The notes below the pieces were generated by a model. That model had not been told where the DNA came from. It ran no database searches and was given only the letters and a program-made list of their open reading frames with translations. Of a stretch of 64,000 nt of DNA, positions 12,021 to 22,210 are shown piece by piece. Numbering within the stretch: the first letter of the stretch is position 1; the number at the start of each line of letters is the position of its first letter. The stretch covers positions 768,001 through 832,000 of the forward strand of contig BK006948.2 of assembly GCA_000146045.2 (NCBI GenBank), given 5' to 3'. This stretch comes from TPA_inf: Saccharomyces. Lineage: Eukaryota. Made by a program: the position numbers and the translations under genes.

Positions 12021-12028
12021 TATATAAA
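12021..12028 (+). promoter_or_regulatory. TATA box (TATATAAA) of the SNR17A snoRNA gene, about 80 bp upstream of its 5' end
   Basis: Read in the sequence. The spacing is typical for yeast Pol II snoRNA promoters. Confidence 0.6.
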
Positions 12029-12106
12029 GGCTTTGTATTCTGCTGTCAATTAGATTTAGTACATCTTTTCTCTTATGTTTTCTTCTTGTTTCTACTTAAA
12101 ATCTGT

Positions 12107-12596
12107 GTCGACGTACTTCAGTATGTAATATACCCCAAACATTTTACCCACAAAAAACCAGGATTTGAAAACTATAGCATCTAAAAGTCTTAGGTACTAG
12201 AGTTTTCATTTCGGAGCAGGCTTTTTGAAAAATTTAATTCAACCATTGCAGCAGCTTTTGACTAACACATTCTACAGTAGGATCATTTCTATAGGAATCG
12301 TCACTCTTTGACTCTTCAAAAGAGCCACTGAATCCAACTTGGTTGATGAGTCCCATAACCTTTGTACCCCAGAGTGAGAAACCGAAATTGAATCTAAATT
12401 AGCTTGGTCCGCAATCCTTAGCGGTTCGGCCATCTATAATTTTGAATAAAAATTTTGCTTTGCCGTTGCATTTGTAGTTTTTTCCTTTGGAAGTAATTAC
12501 AATATTTTATGGCGCGATGATCTTGACCCATCCTATGTACTTCTTTTTTGAAGGGATAGGGCTCTATGGGTGGGTACAAATGGCAGTCTGACAAGT
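12107..12596 (+). ncRNA. SNR17A: U3 box C/D small nucleolar RNA, gene copy A. Exon 1 is 12107..12120 and exon 2 is 12278..12596; the mature RNA is 333 nt.
   Basis: Begins GTCGACGTACTTCA|...TAGGATCATTTCTATAGGAATCGTCAC. Box C (GCGATGATC, about 12514) and box D (CTGA, 12588..12591). 3' end ...GGCAGUCUGACAAGU. Matches yeast U3. Confidence 0.93.
12121..12277 (+). other. SNR17A: Spliceosomal intron (157 nt) within the U3 snoRNA precursor
   Basis: 5' splice site GTATGT at 12121. Branch-like GACTAAC at 12260..12266. 3' splice site CAG at 12275..12277. Confidence 0.9.
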
Positions 12597-12905
12597 TAAC
12601 CACTTTTTTCCTTTTCTAAATTGTTTAAAACCAAAGGTTTGGTTTTCAGTTAAGAAATTGGATTAGTTGGTGTGTAAGTATAATTAAATGTAGTCTTGGT
12701 TAGCTTAATGTATAGGTTCTTGATAGTATGACTCCACCTAAAATTCGTCAAGAGCGACGGATGCGAAAACAAAAAAATCGCTTTGCATCCTTACGTGCGT
12801 GAGATGGCATCGCTGGCCAAAGGGAAACGTTTCATTATTTTCTGTAGTTAACATTATGCTTTGCATGATAATAAGAGAAATTGAAGAGCGCAACGAACTA
12901 CGAGC

Positions 12906-13541
12906 ATGGCTGGAGGAAAGATTCCTATTGTAGGAATTGTGGCATGTTTACAGCCGGAGATGGGGATAGGATTTCGTGGAGGTCTACCATGGAGGTTGCC
13001 CAGTGAAATGAAGTATTTCAGACAGGTCACTTCATTGACGAAAGATCCAAACAAAAAAAATGCTTTGATAATGGGAAGGAAGACATGGGAATCCATACCG
13101 CCCAAGTTTCGCCCACTGCCCAATAGAATGAATGTCATTATATCGAGAAGCTTCAAGGACGATTTTGTCCACGATAAAGAGAGATCAATAGTCCAAAGTA
13201 ATTCATTGGCAAACGCAATAATGAACCTAGAAAGCAATTTTAAGGAGCATCTGGAAAGAATCTACGTGATTGGGGGTGGCGAAGTTTATAGTCAAATCTT
13301 CTCCATTACAGATCATTGGCTCATCACGAAAATAAATCCATTAGATAAAAACGCAACTCCTGCAATGGACACTTTCCTTGATGCGAAGAAATTGGAAGAA
13401 GTATTTAGCGAGCAAGATCCGGCCCAGCTGAAAGAATTTCTTCCCCCTAAAGTAGAGTTGCCCGAAACAGACTGTGATCAACGCTACTCGCTGGAAGAAA
13501 AAGGTTATTGCTTCGAATTCACTCTATACAATCGTAAATGA
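12906..13541 (+). CDS. DFR1: Dihydrofolate reductase, 211 aa
   Basis: DHFR fold motifs (IVAC...GIGFRGGLPW, GRKTWESIP). Confidence 0.9.
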   Translation: MAGGKIPIVGIVACLQPEMGIGFRGGLPWRLPSEMKYFRQVTSLTKDPNKKNALIMGRKTWESIPPKFRPLPNRMNVIISRSFKDDFVHDKERSIVQSNSLANAIMNLESNFKEHLERIYVIGGGEVYSQIFSITDHWLITKINPLDKNATPAMDTFLDAKKLEEVFSEQDPAQLKEFLPPKVELPETDCDQRYSLEEKGYCFEFTLYNRK

Positions 13542-13993
13542 AACCTCTCCGCCCGTATATTTTTTTTAATATGTTAAATAGTGATAGAACTGATAAGCCT
13601 CATTTTCTTTTATTGGGCTCCAAGACGCGAACTGTTCGTAGGGTAACCGTTTGACACCTAAACGACCTTTCAGCCTCACCTGCAGTATTTCTTCAACAAC
13701 GCCTGTCGCTATGTTAAATAATAGCAATCGTTTGTGATCACCATTGTCGAATTTGACGCGCTTAAACAAAAACCATTGTTTTGGCCTCGTTCCCTGCATT
13801 CAACAAAAGAGCAAGGTATGCCGTCAAACAGTCGTTAAAAGAGAAGGTTTATAAACTATCTTGTTTTGTACTTTGCTGTCCCGGATCCAGTTGGGTCTTC
13901 TTTTCAACCTGTCTGAGTCCGATCTTTCTTTCCCTACTTGAAGCTCCATATATCTAAGTCATCTAAGTGTATCCTGCTAGATTACAAACGAAA

Positions 13994-15298
13994 ATGTCTC
14001 AACACGCAAGCTCATCTTCTTGGACTTCTTTTTTGAAATCGATAAGTTCGTTCAACGGAGATCTATCGTCTTTGTCTGCACCACCGTTTATTCTTTCTCC
14101 CACTTCCTTAACAGAGTTTTCTCAGTATTGGGCTGAACATCCAGCTTTATTTCTGGAGCCTTCGTTGATTGATGGTGAAAACTACAAAGATCACTGTCCC
14201 TTTGACCCAAATGTGGAATCAAAGGAAGTGGCGCAGATGTTGGCGGTTGTTAGGTGGTTTATTTCTACTTTGAGATCTCAATACTGCTCTAGAAGCGAAT
14301 CGATGGGTTCTGAAAAGAAGCCTTTGAACCCATTCTTGGGTGAGGTATTTGTTGGAAAGTGGAAAAATGATGAGCATCCAGAGTTTGGTGAAACGGTTCT
14401 TTTAAGTGAGCAAGTTTCACATCATCCACCTATGACAGCATTTTCGATTTTTAATGAAAAAAATGATGTTTCTGTTCAAGGATACAATCAAATTAAAACT
14501 GGTTTTACCAAAACATTGACGCTAACGGTCAAACCATACGGGCATGTCATTTTGAAGATTAAAGATGAGACCTACCTGATTACAACCCCGCCTTTGCATA
14601 TCGAAGGTATTTTAGTCGCTTCTCCATTTGTTGAATTAGGAGGCAGGTCATTCATACAGTCATCAAATGGTATGTTATGTGTTATAGAATTTTCAGGAAG
14701 GGGGTATTTCACAGGGAAGAAGAACTCCTTTAAGGCAAGAATTTACAGAAGCCCACAAGAGCATAGTCATAAAGAAAATGCGCTATACCTAATCTCTGGC
14801 CAATGGTCAGGTGTTTCAACAATTATAAAAAAAGACTCGCAAGTTTCACATCAGTTTTACGATTCATCGGAAACTCCTACTGAACATTTATTAGTTAAGC
14901 CAATCGAAGAACAACATCCTCTGGAAAGTAGGAGGGCATGGAAGGATGTGGCAGAAGCAATCAGACAAGGAAATATTAGTATGATAAAAAAGACTAAGGA
15001 AGAACTAGAAAATAAGCAAAGAGCCTTGAGAGAACAAGAACGCGTAAAAGGTGTGGAATGGCAAAGAAGATGGTTCAAACAAGTGGACTACATGAATGAA
15101 AATACATCAAATGATGTAGAGAAAGCAAGTGAAGATGATGCCTTTAGGAAATTGGCGTCCAAACTGCAGCTTTCTGTGAAAAATGTGCCAAGTGGGACAT
15201 TGATTGGCGGCAAAGATGATAAGAAAGATGTTTCAACCGCATTGCATTGGAGGTTTGATAAAAATTTGTGGATGAGGGAGAACGAAATTACTATATAA
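13994..15298 (+). CDS. HES1: Oxysterol-binding protein homologue (short OSH family), 434 aa
   Basis: OSBP signature [22 protein letters not shown]-terminus. The tracked ORF starts 9 codons upstream. Confidence 0.85.
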   Translation: MSQHASSSSWTSFLKSISSFNGDLSSLSAPPFILSPTSLTEFSQYWAEHPALFLEPSLIDGENYKDHCPFDPNVESKEVAQMLAVVRWFISTLRSQYCSRSESMGSEKKPLNPFLGEVFVGKWKNDEHPEFGETVLLSEQVSHHPPMTAFSIFNEKNDVSVQGYNQIKTGFTKTLTLTVKPYGHVILKIKDETYLITTPPLHIEGILVASPFVELGGRSFIQSSNGMLCVIEFSGRGYFTGKKNSFKARIYRSPQEHSHKENALYLISGQWSGVSTIIKKDSQVSHQFYDSSETPTEHLLVKPIEEQHPLESRRAWKDVAEAIRQGNISMIKKTKEELENKQRALREQERVKGVEWQRRWFKQVDYMNENTSNDVEKASEDDAFRKLASKLQLSVKNVPSGTLIGGKDDKKDVSTALHWRFDKNLWMRENEITI

Positions 15299-15676
15299 TA
15301 TAAATGTTTTTAAAAGAATAAATATCAAAAATTAATACTAATTGATGTTTGCATTGCTTTTTTTAAGGGAAAATGCAAGCGTTTTTATTTTTAACTTTTG
15401 GTTTTGAAGCTCGTAATTCAACAAAAAAGAATTAAATAATCTTCAAGTCCGATAACAAGATGTAGAAAAAACATCCCAATGAAGTTACAAGTCAAACCAT
15501 TCACTGAGAATTTTTGTAACTCACCACCGATTTTTTGGATAAAATGTATTCCTGCAACTTTTTTTTTTGAAGAGATAAAAAGAATTGAATAGAATATGCA
15601 GTAAAAAAAGAATCTCGAAAAAAAAAGGACAAGAAATCTTAACTACCATCAAACAATTGAAAATTGAATGTACTCA

Positions 15677-16588
15677 ATGGACGAAAAAGTCGAACTTATT
15701 TTAGTGCCATGCCACTCAATATGGAAGTCCTCATCGCATCCTAGTGATAATTCAGTTAATTTGGGTCAATTACCTGAATACTGGCATTTAGCTCCGTTTC
15801 AGTATGAGGGTAATGATCATTTAGCATTCATCAAACATGGCCTAACTGCTATTAAACTACTCCTACAAAGATTCGACACCGCTACCGTTATCTTCAGTGG
15901 ATCCCAAACGAAAAAAGAGGCAGGCGCTATATCTGAGGCACAAAGCTACTATTTTTTATTTGAAAAGTTGATTAGATATGTGATGAGCAATGATAACATC
16001 GATGTTCCAAACTTTGATAACGAGCTGCGTCTTTTATTAAAAGAGGTCAAAAACTTGCTATCAAGTCAAAATGTAAATGTTGATGAATTGTTCTATGGTG
16101 GTTCAATCACTACTGAAGAGTTCTCGCTGGACTCATTTGATAATTTAATTTATTCTATATATAGATTTGAGGAAGTGAATAAAAAATTCCCACAGAAAAT
16201 AACTATAATAGGGTTTGCGTTTAAGATGCCAAGATTCATCAGCTGTCATGCCAAGGCCATTGATTACCCACAATCAAACATAACCTACATAGGAATTGAC
16301 CCTAAACCAGCAAACTACAACCAAACACAACTTTCAAAATACTATGATGATCTAGTACAAATGGAAGATAAAAATGCACTAAGCTTATTTTCTTCAGATT
16401 GGTACGCTACAAAGGATAGATTACTCACCAAGAAAAGATCTCGCAACCCATTTAACAGAACTGCACCGTACGCTCAGAATATTTTCTGCAAAGAAAACGG
16501 CAAGAGGATCGAGGGAATCGAGGATGACGAGGAATATTTTGAAACAAAAATTAAGTGTAAAATGCCATGGTCGTCGCCAAGACAATAA
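15677..16588 (+). CDS. YOR238W: Uncharacterised conserved protein, 303 aa
   Basis: Clean ORF at the position expected for YOR238W. I recognise no domain. The start is placed at MDEKVELILVPCHS; the ORF also has an ATG 3 codons earlier. Confidence 0.7.
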   Translation: MDEKVELILVPCHSIWKSSSHPSDNSVNLGQLPEYWHLAPFQYEGNDHLAFIKHGLTAIKLLLQRFDTATVIFSGSQTKKEAGAISEAQSYYFLFEKLIRYVMSNDNIDVPNFDNELRLLLKEVKNLLSSQNVNVDELFYGGSITTEEFSLDSFDNLIYSIYRFEEVNKKFPQKITIIGFAFKMPRFISCHAKAIDYPQSNITYIGIDPKPANYNQTQLSKYYDDLVQMEDKNALSLFSSDWYATKDRLLTKKRSRNPFNRTAPYAQNIFCKENGKRIEGIEDDEEYFETKIKCKMPWSSPRQ

Positions 16589-16856
16589 ACGTGTGGGAGT
16601 ATTGCAAAAACATAGTATATAAGCGTAAATCACTATATAAAGCCCAAAGAAGTTAGCACTAAAGCATCATTCATCGTTCAAAACTCCTCTCTCAAGTGAG
16701 AGAATTCGGCGCTGAAAAAAAGCTTTGTCAAAACCAAGAAAAAAACGTAGGATTGGACACGAGGTTCTTTTTTTAATGTAAACAAGAAGTGGCACTATAG
16801 CTGTGAAACTTCCAATACAATTGTATACCAAATAAGCTATTACAAATTGATTTAAA

Positions 16857-18744
16857 ATGGGTGTCGCAGATTTGATCAAGAAATTCGAAAGCATCTCAAA
16901 GGAAGAAGGCGATGCTACCGTTGATACAAACAGTTCATCAAAGCCTCTCAAATCAAACGATGAAACCAAAGAATTGCATCAACAAGAGTCTACTGCTGTT
17001 CCGCAAGAGGTTGACGTAAATGAAGAGTTTGAGAATGAACCAGAAACAATTAACAGTAGTAGAACTGCTGAGAAACCATTGGAAACAAACCTCCCAAAAC
17101 CTGAAACTAACGAAGAAGACGAAGAAGAGGGCTCCATGAGCGAGAATAAAATATATTCTAAAGGTGAAAATGCTGACATCAACGTTAATGATTTTCAAGA
17201 ATATAAAGAAATGGAAAATACTGGCGCTGAAGTTCTTGCAAGTAGTGTTGAAGAATCCGATGCTATTCAAGAAGGTGTGGCTGAGGAAACTGAAGGGATT
17301 GCTACTCCTAAACAAAAAGAAAACGAAAAAAATGATGAATCAGAAGAAGAATCTGCAAATAATGCATCTGAACCAGCCGAAGAATATTCTCAATCTGAAG
17401 AAGATGCTGACATCGAGCAATCTAATGGCAAAGAAACTGAAAATGCCGAAAACGCTTCTCAACAAGCTAATGATGGCTCTACAAGTACCACGACTTCTAA
17501 GAATAAGAAGAAAAAAAACAAAAAAAAAAACAAGAAGAAGAGAAATGGAAATGTTAACACCAACGCTAATGTCGACGACAGCACCAAAACCGGTGAAAAT
17601 GATGATACAACCGGCGACACCACGTCATCAACAACCTCCGCCATTCAAGAAGTGAATGATTTGGAAGTTGTTGATGACTCTTGTCTTAGGCATTGATCAA
17701 CAGCATAATAGGGAGCATTTGAAAGCGTTAACTCAGGACGTTAAAGAAGAGACGTTAGAGAATATTGCGCACGAGGGCAGAGGTGATAACACAGGCGATC
17801 AGAATGCAGTAGAAAAATCTGATTTCGAAAAATCAGATACAGAAGGTTCAAGAATAGGCCGCGACTTACCCTTTGAATTTGGAAAACGTAACTTGACCGA
17901 GGAATCTGACGTTTGGGATCATAACGCTTGGGATAATGTTGAGTGGGGTGAAGAACAAGTCCAGCAGGCGGAGGAAAAAATCAAAGAGCAGTTTAAGCAT
18001 CCTGTACCTGAGTTTGACAAAAAACTATACAATGAAAATCCGGCACGTTATTGGGACATTTTTTATAAAAACAACAAGGAAAACTTTTTCAAGGACAGAA
18101 AGTGGTTACAAATTGAATTTCCAATCTTATACGCATCTACCAGAAAAGACGCAGAACCCGTTACAATATTTGAAATTGGCTGTGGGGCAGGTAACACTTT
18201 TTTCCCGATCTTGAAAGATAATGAGAACGAAAACTTGAGGATAATAGCCGCAGATTTTGCTCCAAGAGCCGTCGAATTAGTTAAAAATTCTGAACAGTTC
18301 AACCCCAAGTACGGCCACGCAACAGTATGGGATTTGGCCAATCCTGACGGTAATTTACCTGATGGCGTCGAACCTCATTCTGTGGATATTGCAGTAATGA
18401 TCTTCGTTTTTAGTGCTTTAGCACCAAACCAATGGGATCAAGCCATGGATAACCTTCACAAAATTTTGAAACCAGGCGGTAAGATCATATTTCGTGATTA
18501 CGGTGCATATGATTTAACTCAAGTTAGATTCAAAAAGAACAGAATCCTAGAAGAGAACTTCTACGTTAGAGGTGATGGTACAAGAGTTTATTTTTTCTCT
18601 GAAGAAAAACTAAGAGAAATTTTCACGAAAAAGTACTTCTTGGAAAATAAAATTGGAACTGATAGAAGGTTGTTGGTTAACAGAAAAAGGCAACTAAAAA
18701 TGTACCGCTGCTGGGTACAAGCTGTGTTTGACGTTCCTCAATAG
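16857..18744 (+). CDS. ABP140: Actin-binding protein fused to a tRNA m3C32 methyltransferase (628 aa). Made from two reading frames joined by a +1 ribosomal frameshift. Frame 0 is 16857..17687 and frame +1 is 17689..18744.
   Basis: N-terminus MGVADLIKKFESISKEE, the Lifeact peptide. Acidic/K-rich low-complexity middle. C-terminal SAM-methyltransferase domain (IFEIGCGAGNT motif) that is open only in the +1 frame. CTT-AGG-C frameshift site at the junction. Confidence 0.9.
17501..17546 (+). repeat. A-rich run (A8-C-A11 plus AAG/AAA codons) encoding KNKKKKNKKKNKKKRN inside ABP140
   Basis: Read in the sequence. Consecutive AAA Lys codons / poly(A) lying within coding sequence. Confidence 0.9.
17685..17691 (+). 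other. ABP140: Programmed +1 ribosomal frameshift heptamer CTT-AGG-C. It is followed immediately by an in-frame stop (TGA at 17694..17696).
   Basis: Identical to the Ty1 frameshift heptamer. The zero-frame ORF stops 2 codons later, while the +1 frame continues for 351 codons encoding the methyltransferase domain. Confidence 0.88.
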
Positions 18745-18994
18745 GAAGTTCTGAGACAAGTACCACCTCCTCTCTCATCATAAAACAAGTAAAAGTTTTC
18801 TCGTCGCGCATATTATTTTGGTGATTGATTGTTTTTTCCTCCGATATCATCACTTATTACCTGTAATTTTATCTTTTTCTACCCCATAGAATTCGTCTTA
18901 TAAGTCTATACCCTCAAAACTATCTATCATTTTAATATTATCTGTCGCTTTAATTGTCTTATTTCTGAAGCTCACTGAAGAACATTGCTTTATT

Positions 18995-20641
18995 ATGCAT
19001 AAAGGAAAAAAAAATTACCCTAATTTGATTACTTCGTTTCGGATGAATTTGAAAAAAATCATATTGAACCATGACCGATTTAGCCATCCAGAAAGATGGA
19101 AAACAAACGCACTCTTAAGGTTCACCTTCGTGTATATAAAATTTCTCTTCGACTTGATGATAATCAAAAATCCATTAAGGATGGTTGGAAAAACTTATCG
19201 AGACGCTGTTACTGCGCTAAACTCTTTGCAGTCCAATTATGCCAACATCATGGCTATCCGTCAAACTGGTGATCGTAAAAACACTATGACATTATTGGAA
19301 ATGCATGAATGGTCTCGAAGAATTGGTTACTCTGCATCGGATTTCAATAAATTAAATATTGTTCATATCACTGGAACAAAAGGTAAAGGTTCTACTGCCG
19401 CATTTACTTCATCAATTCTAGGACAATATAAAGAACAATTACCACGTATCGGGCTATATACGTCTCCACATCTTAAGTCAGTGAGAGAAAGAATAAGAAT
19501 AAATGGGGAGCCAATTTCTGAAGAAAAATTTGCGAAGTACTTCTTTGAGGTTTGGGACCGTCTAGATAGTACAACCTCTTCTTTGGATAAATTCCCGCAC
19601 ATGATCCCGGGAAGTAAGCCTGGCTATTTCAAGTTCCTCACATTGCTTTCATTTCACACTTTTATACAAGAGGACTGCAAAAGCTGTGTCTACGAAGTCG
19701 GCGTCGGAGGTGAATTGGATAGCACTAATATAATTGAAAAGCCAATTGTCTGCGGTGTTACACTATTAGGAATAGACCATACTTTCATGCTTGGTGATAC
19801 TATTGAAGAAATTGCTTGGAATAAGGGAGGAATTTTCAAATCTGGAGCACCAGCATTCACCGTTGAGAAACAACCTCCTCAGGGATTAACAATATTGAAA
19901 GAAAGAGCTGAGGAGCGCAAAACAACGCTAACAGAAGTACCCCCATTTAAACAGTTGGAAAATGTCAAGCTTGGAATTGCTGGCGAGTTTCAAAAAAGTA
20001 ACGCCTCCCTTGCCGTTATGCTGGCTTCTGAGATCTTGCATACGTCCAATATATTGGAGGAGAAGATCAAATGCAGTTCGAATGCATCGATTCCAGAAAA
20101 ATTCATAATCGGTCTACAAAATACTAAGTGGGAAGGCAGATGTCAAGTACTAGAAAAGGGAAAAAACGTTTGGTACATTGATGGTGCTCACACCAAAGAT
20201 AGTATGGTAGCTGCATCAACATGGTTCAGAGATATGGTTCGATTGTCGAAGAGAAAGAAGATCTTGCTCTTCAACCAACAAAGCAGAGATGCCAACGCTC
20301 TTGTGAATAACCTGTACTCATCTGTTTCGCCAGAAATAACGTTCGATGATGTGATATTTACTACTAATGTCACTTGGAAATCAGGCTCATACAGCGCTGA
20401 CCTCGTTTCCATGAACACTTCTCAAGAAGATGTAGAAAAATTGAAAGTCCAGGAGTCATTAGTCAAGAATTGGAACAAAATAGACGATAATCGTGCTAAA
20501 ACGCATGTAACGGCTAGTATAGAGGAAGCAAATGAATTGATTGAAACGCTATACGATGAACCTGCTGATATATTTGTAACTGGTTCATTACATCTTGTTG
20601 GCGGATTATTGGTCGTTTTTGATAGAATAGATGTAAAGTAA
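18995..20641 (+). CDS. MET7: Folylpolyglutamate synthetase, 548 aa
   Basis: Mur-ligase/FPGS P-loop HITGTKGKGST. Conserved FPGS C-terminal domain. Confidence 0.9.
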   Translation: MHKGKKNYPNLITSFRMNLKKIILNHDRFSHPERWKTNALLRFTFVYIKFLFDLMIIKNPLRMVGKTYRDAVTALNSLQSNYANIMAIRQTGDRKNTMTLLEMHEWSRRIGYSASDFNKLNIVHITGTKGKGSTAAFTSSILGQYKEQLPRIGLYTSPHLKSVRERIRINGEPISEEKFAKYFFEVWDRLDSTTSSLDKFPHMIPGSKPGYFKFLTLLSFHTFIQEDCKSCVYEVGVGGELDSTNIIEKPIVCGVTLLGIDHTFMLGDTIEEIAWNKGGIFKSGAPAFTVEKQPPQGLTILKERAEERKTTLTEVPPFKQLENVKLGIAGEFQKSNASLAVMLASEILHTSNILEEKIKCSSNASIPEKFIIGLQNTKWEGRCQVLEKGKNVWYIDGAHTKDSMVAASTWFRDMVRLSKRKKILLFNQQSRDANALVNNLYSSVSPEITFDDVIFTTNVTWKSGSYSADLVSMNTSQEDVEKLKVQESLVKNWNKIDDNRAKTHVTASIEEANELIETLYDEPADIFVTGSLHLVGGLLVVFDRIDVK

Positions 20642-20741
20642 TTTGAAAGTAACTTGCACTTTAAAAATCGTACATAATGGACTTCATTTGCATTTATTTA
20701 TTTGTTGAAGAGTAATTTAGTTATCAACTTAAAAATTCGTA

Positions 20742-21857
20742 CTACAAGTCAATGCAAGGCTGGTCTGTAATATCTTTCCCGTACCATATTGTCCATGTTT
20801 TAAAATATTTATTATATAGATATGAGCCCTTTTGTTCGTATTCTTCCATAGCTCTCATAGCACTGGAAATATCGTAAAAGAATATAGATACGCATAATTT
20901 TCTTGATACAATAGGCGTAATTTCTAGAACCTCTCCAAAATTCTGAAAATCTTTTTCTAATTCTTGAATATCAATGTTTTCTAAAGTTTGCCCTTTATTC
21001 AGATTTGATTTGTTAGGCATTGCTGTTGTCGAGCTTTTTTTCACTATCAAACATCTTGATATGAACTTTTCCTCTTCTATTATTCTGTTGACAGATTGCT
21101 CTTTCATTATGTTTTCATATGTGCTCTCGAGGAATATCCATTCTGGTTTTAATTGAACTCCATTAACTTTAAAAATATTTGTTTTTGCGTATCTCATAAA
21201 AGATTGAGCTCCCTCGTAATTTAAGAAGAAAAGATCAACTTTATGCAAAGAACGTTCCGGAGTATCGTACCTATAGACAATAATTCTTTCTAAGGAACCT
21301 CCGCGTACTTGAGACAATACACTAGAGATGCCTGTGCCGCGCGGTATATCGTTTAATGAAATTGATCTTGTTTTGAGAAGAGCGGGATTCTGAGAACCTG
21401 CCGTTTTCTCATCAACAACCTCTGATTCTTCTGAATATACTTTTCCCTTGAAAATTAAATCCTGATTAACGTATTCTCCATTCTCATAAAATTTGTTGAC
21501 GGCTGCTTCTGTTTGCTTATTACTGTCATCATCTATGGGAAAAAAACAACCCTGTGAATGGTGCTGCCTTTTCCAAAGCTGTTGATCGTTTTTATCTTCT
21601 TTTTTTAAACGTCTTTTGTTTACATTTGCCCCAACTGGTGTATATGAATCTGTACCACATGAACCTATCTCACGACCAAACAGATATGCTTTTGCAAATC
21701 GTCTAAAACCTATGAATTCGTTTCCATTCGAACTAGACGAGTCATTGAAAAATGAAAAAAAAGATGATCTTCTCGATCTCAAAGCTTTCTTCCTCAAACT
21801 TCCAGAGTCTTTATGCTTTTTATAAACTTCTGTGTTTGAATAATAGTTCTTGTACAT
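20742..21857 (-). CDS. SSP2: Sporulation-specific protein needed for spore wall formation, 371 aa
   Basis: Full ORF. Size and position match YOR242C. Confidence 0.8.
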   Translation of the reverse strand: MYKNYYSNTEVYKKHKDSGSLRKKALRSRRSSFFSFFNDSSSSNGNEFIGFRRFAKAYLFGREIGSCGTDSYTPVGANVNKRRLKKEDKNDQQLWKRQHHSQGCFFPIDDDSNKQTEAAVNKFYENGEYVNQDLIFKGKVYSEESEVVDEKTAGSQNPALLKTRSISLNDIPRGTGISSVLSQVRGGSLERIIVYRYDTPERSLHKVDLFFLNYEGAQSFMRYAKTNIFKVNGVQLKPEWIFLESTYENIMKEQSVNRIIEEEKFISRCLIVKKSSTTAMPNKSNLNKGQTLENIDIQELEKDFQNFGEVLEITPIVSRKLCVSIFFYDISSAMRAMEEYEQKGSYLYNKYFKTWTIWYGKDITDQPCIDL

Positions 21858-22210
21858 TTGACCGGATTAAATGCTTCGTATTTTATTATTATTTTACCTT
21901 CGTTGGATTCCCGACTTCAATACGCGAGAATATATCTGTCTTTTTGTTTATAAAATATTGATAGCTACAGTATAATAATTTTCCTCTATTAGGTCCTTCT
22001 TGTTGAGAAACGTGGTTGTATCCTTTGATAAGATATATCTAGAAGGTGTTGTTTATATTTAAAAAGGCTTTATCTTTGTGTGCGATGCGCAGATACATAT
22101 TTACCGACGCCTGAAGTGACACGACACGGACACAACAATAGTGTATGAGGGAAAGAGCTTCCGACAAAAAAAGTAAACTAATATACATGAATATTGCACC
22201 TCGTATAACC

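Noticed and set aside
11870-12184. 104-aa + strand ORF (YOR235W-like) upstream of and overlapping the U3 snoRNA
   Set aside because: Fully explained by the SNR17A promoter, exon 1 and intron. It has no coding character.
12597-12905. Possible MCB/SCB cell-cycle box in the DFR1 promoter (TGCGAAAA)
   Set aside because: It lacks the first C of CGCGAAA and is not ACGCGT, so it is not a convincing MBF/SBF site.
17164-17655. 163-aa K-rich ORF in an alternate frame of ABP140, and the tracked 362-aa ORF starting at ATG 17656
   Set aside because: The first is an A-rich artefact. The second is the +1-frame methyltransferase domain. Its apparent ATG lies upstream of the shift site and is not an independent start.
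21858-22210. Possible Ndt80 middle-sporulation elements upstream of SSP2 (CACACAAAG, GACACAACA)
   Set aside because: Each matches only 8/9 of gNCRCAAAW, with the mismatch in the core A-run. Too weak to call without data.
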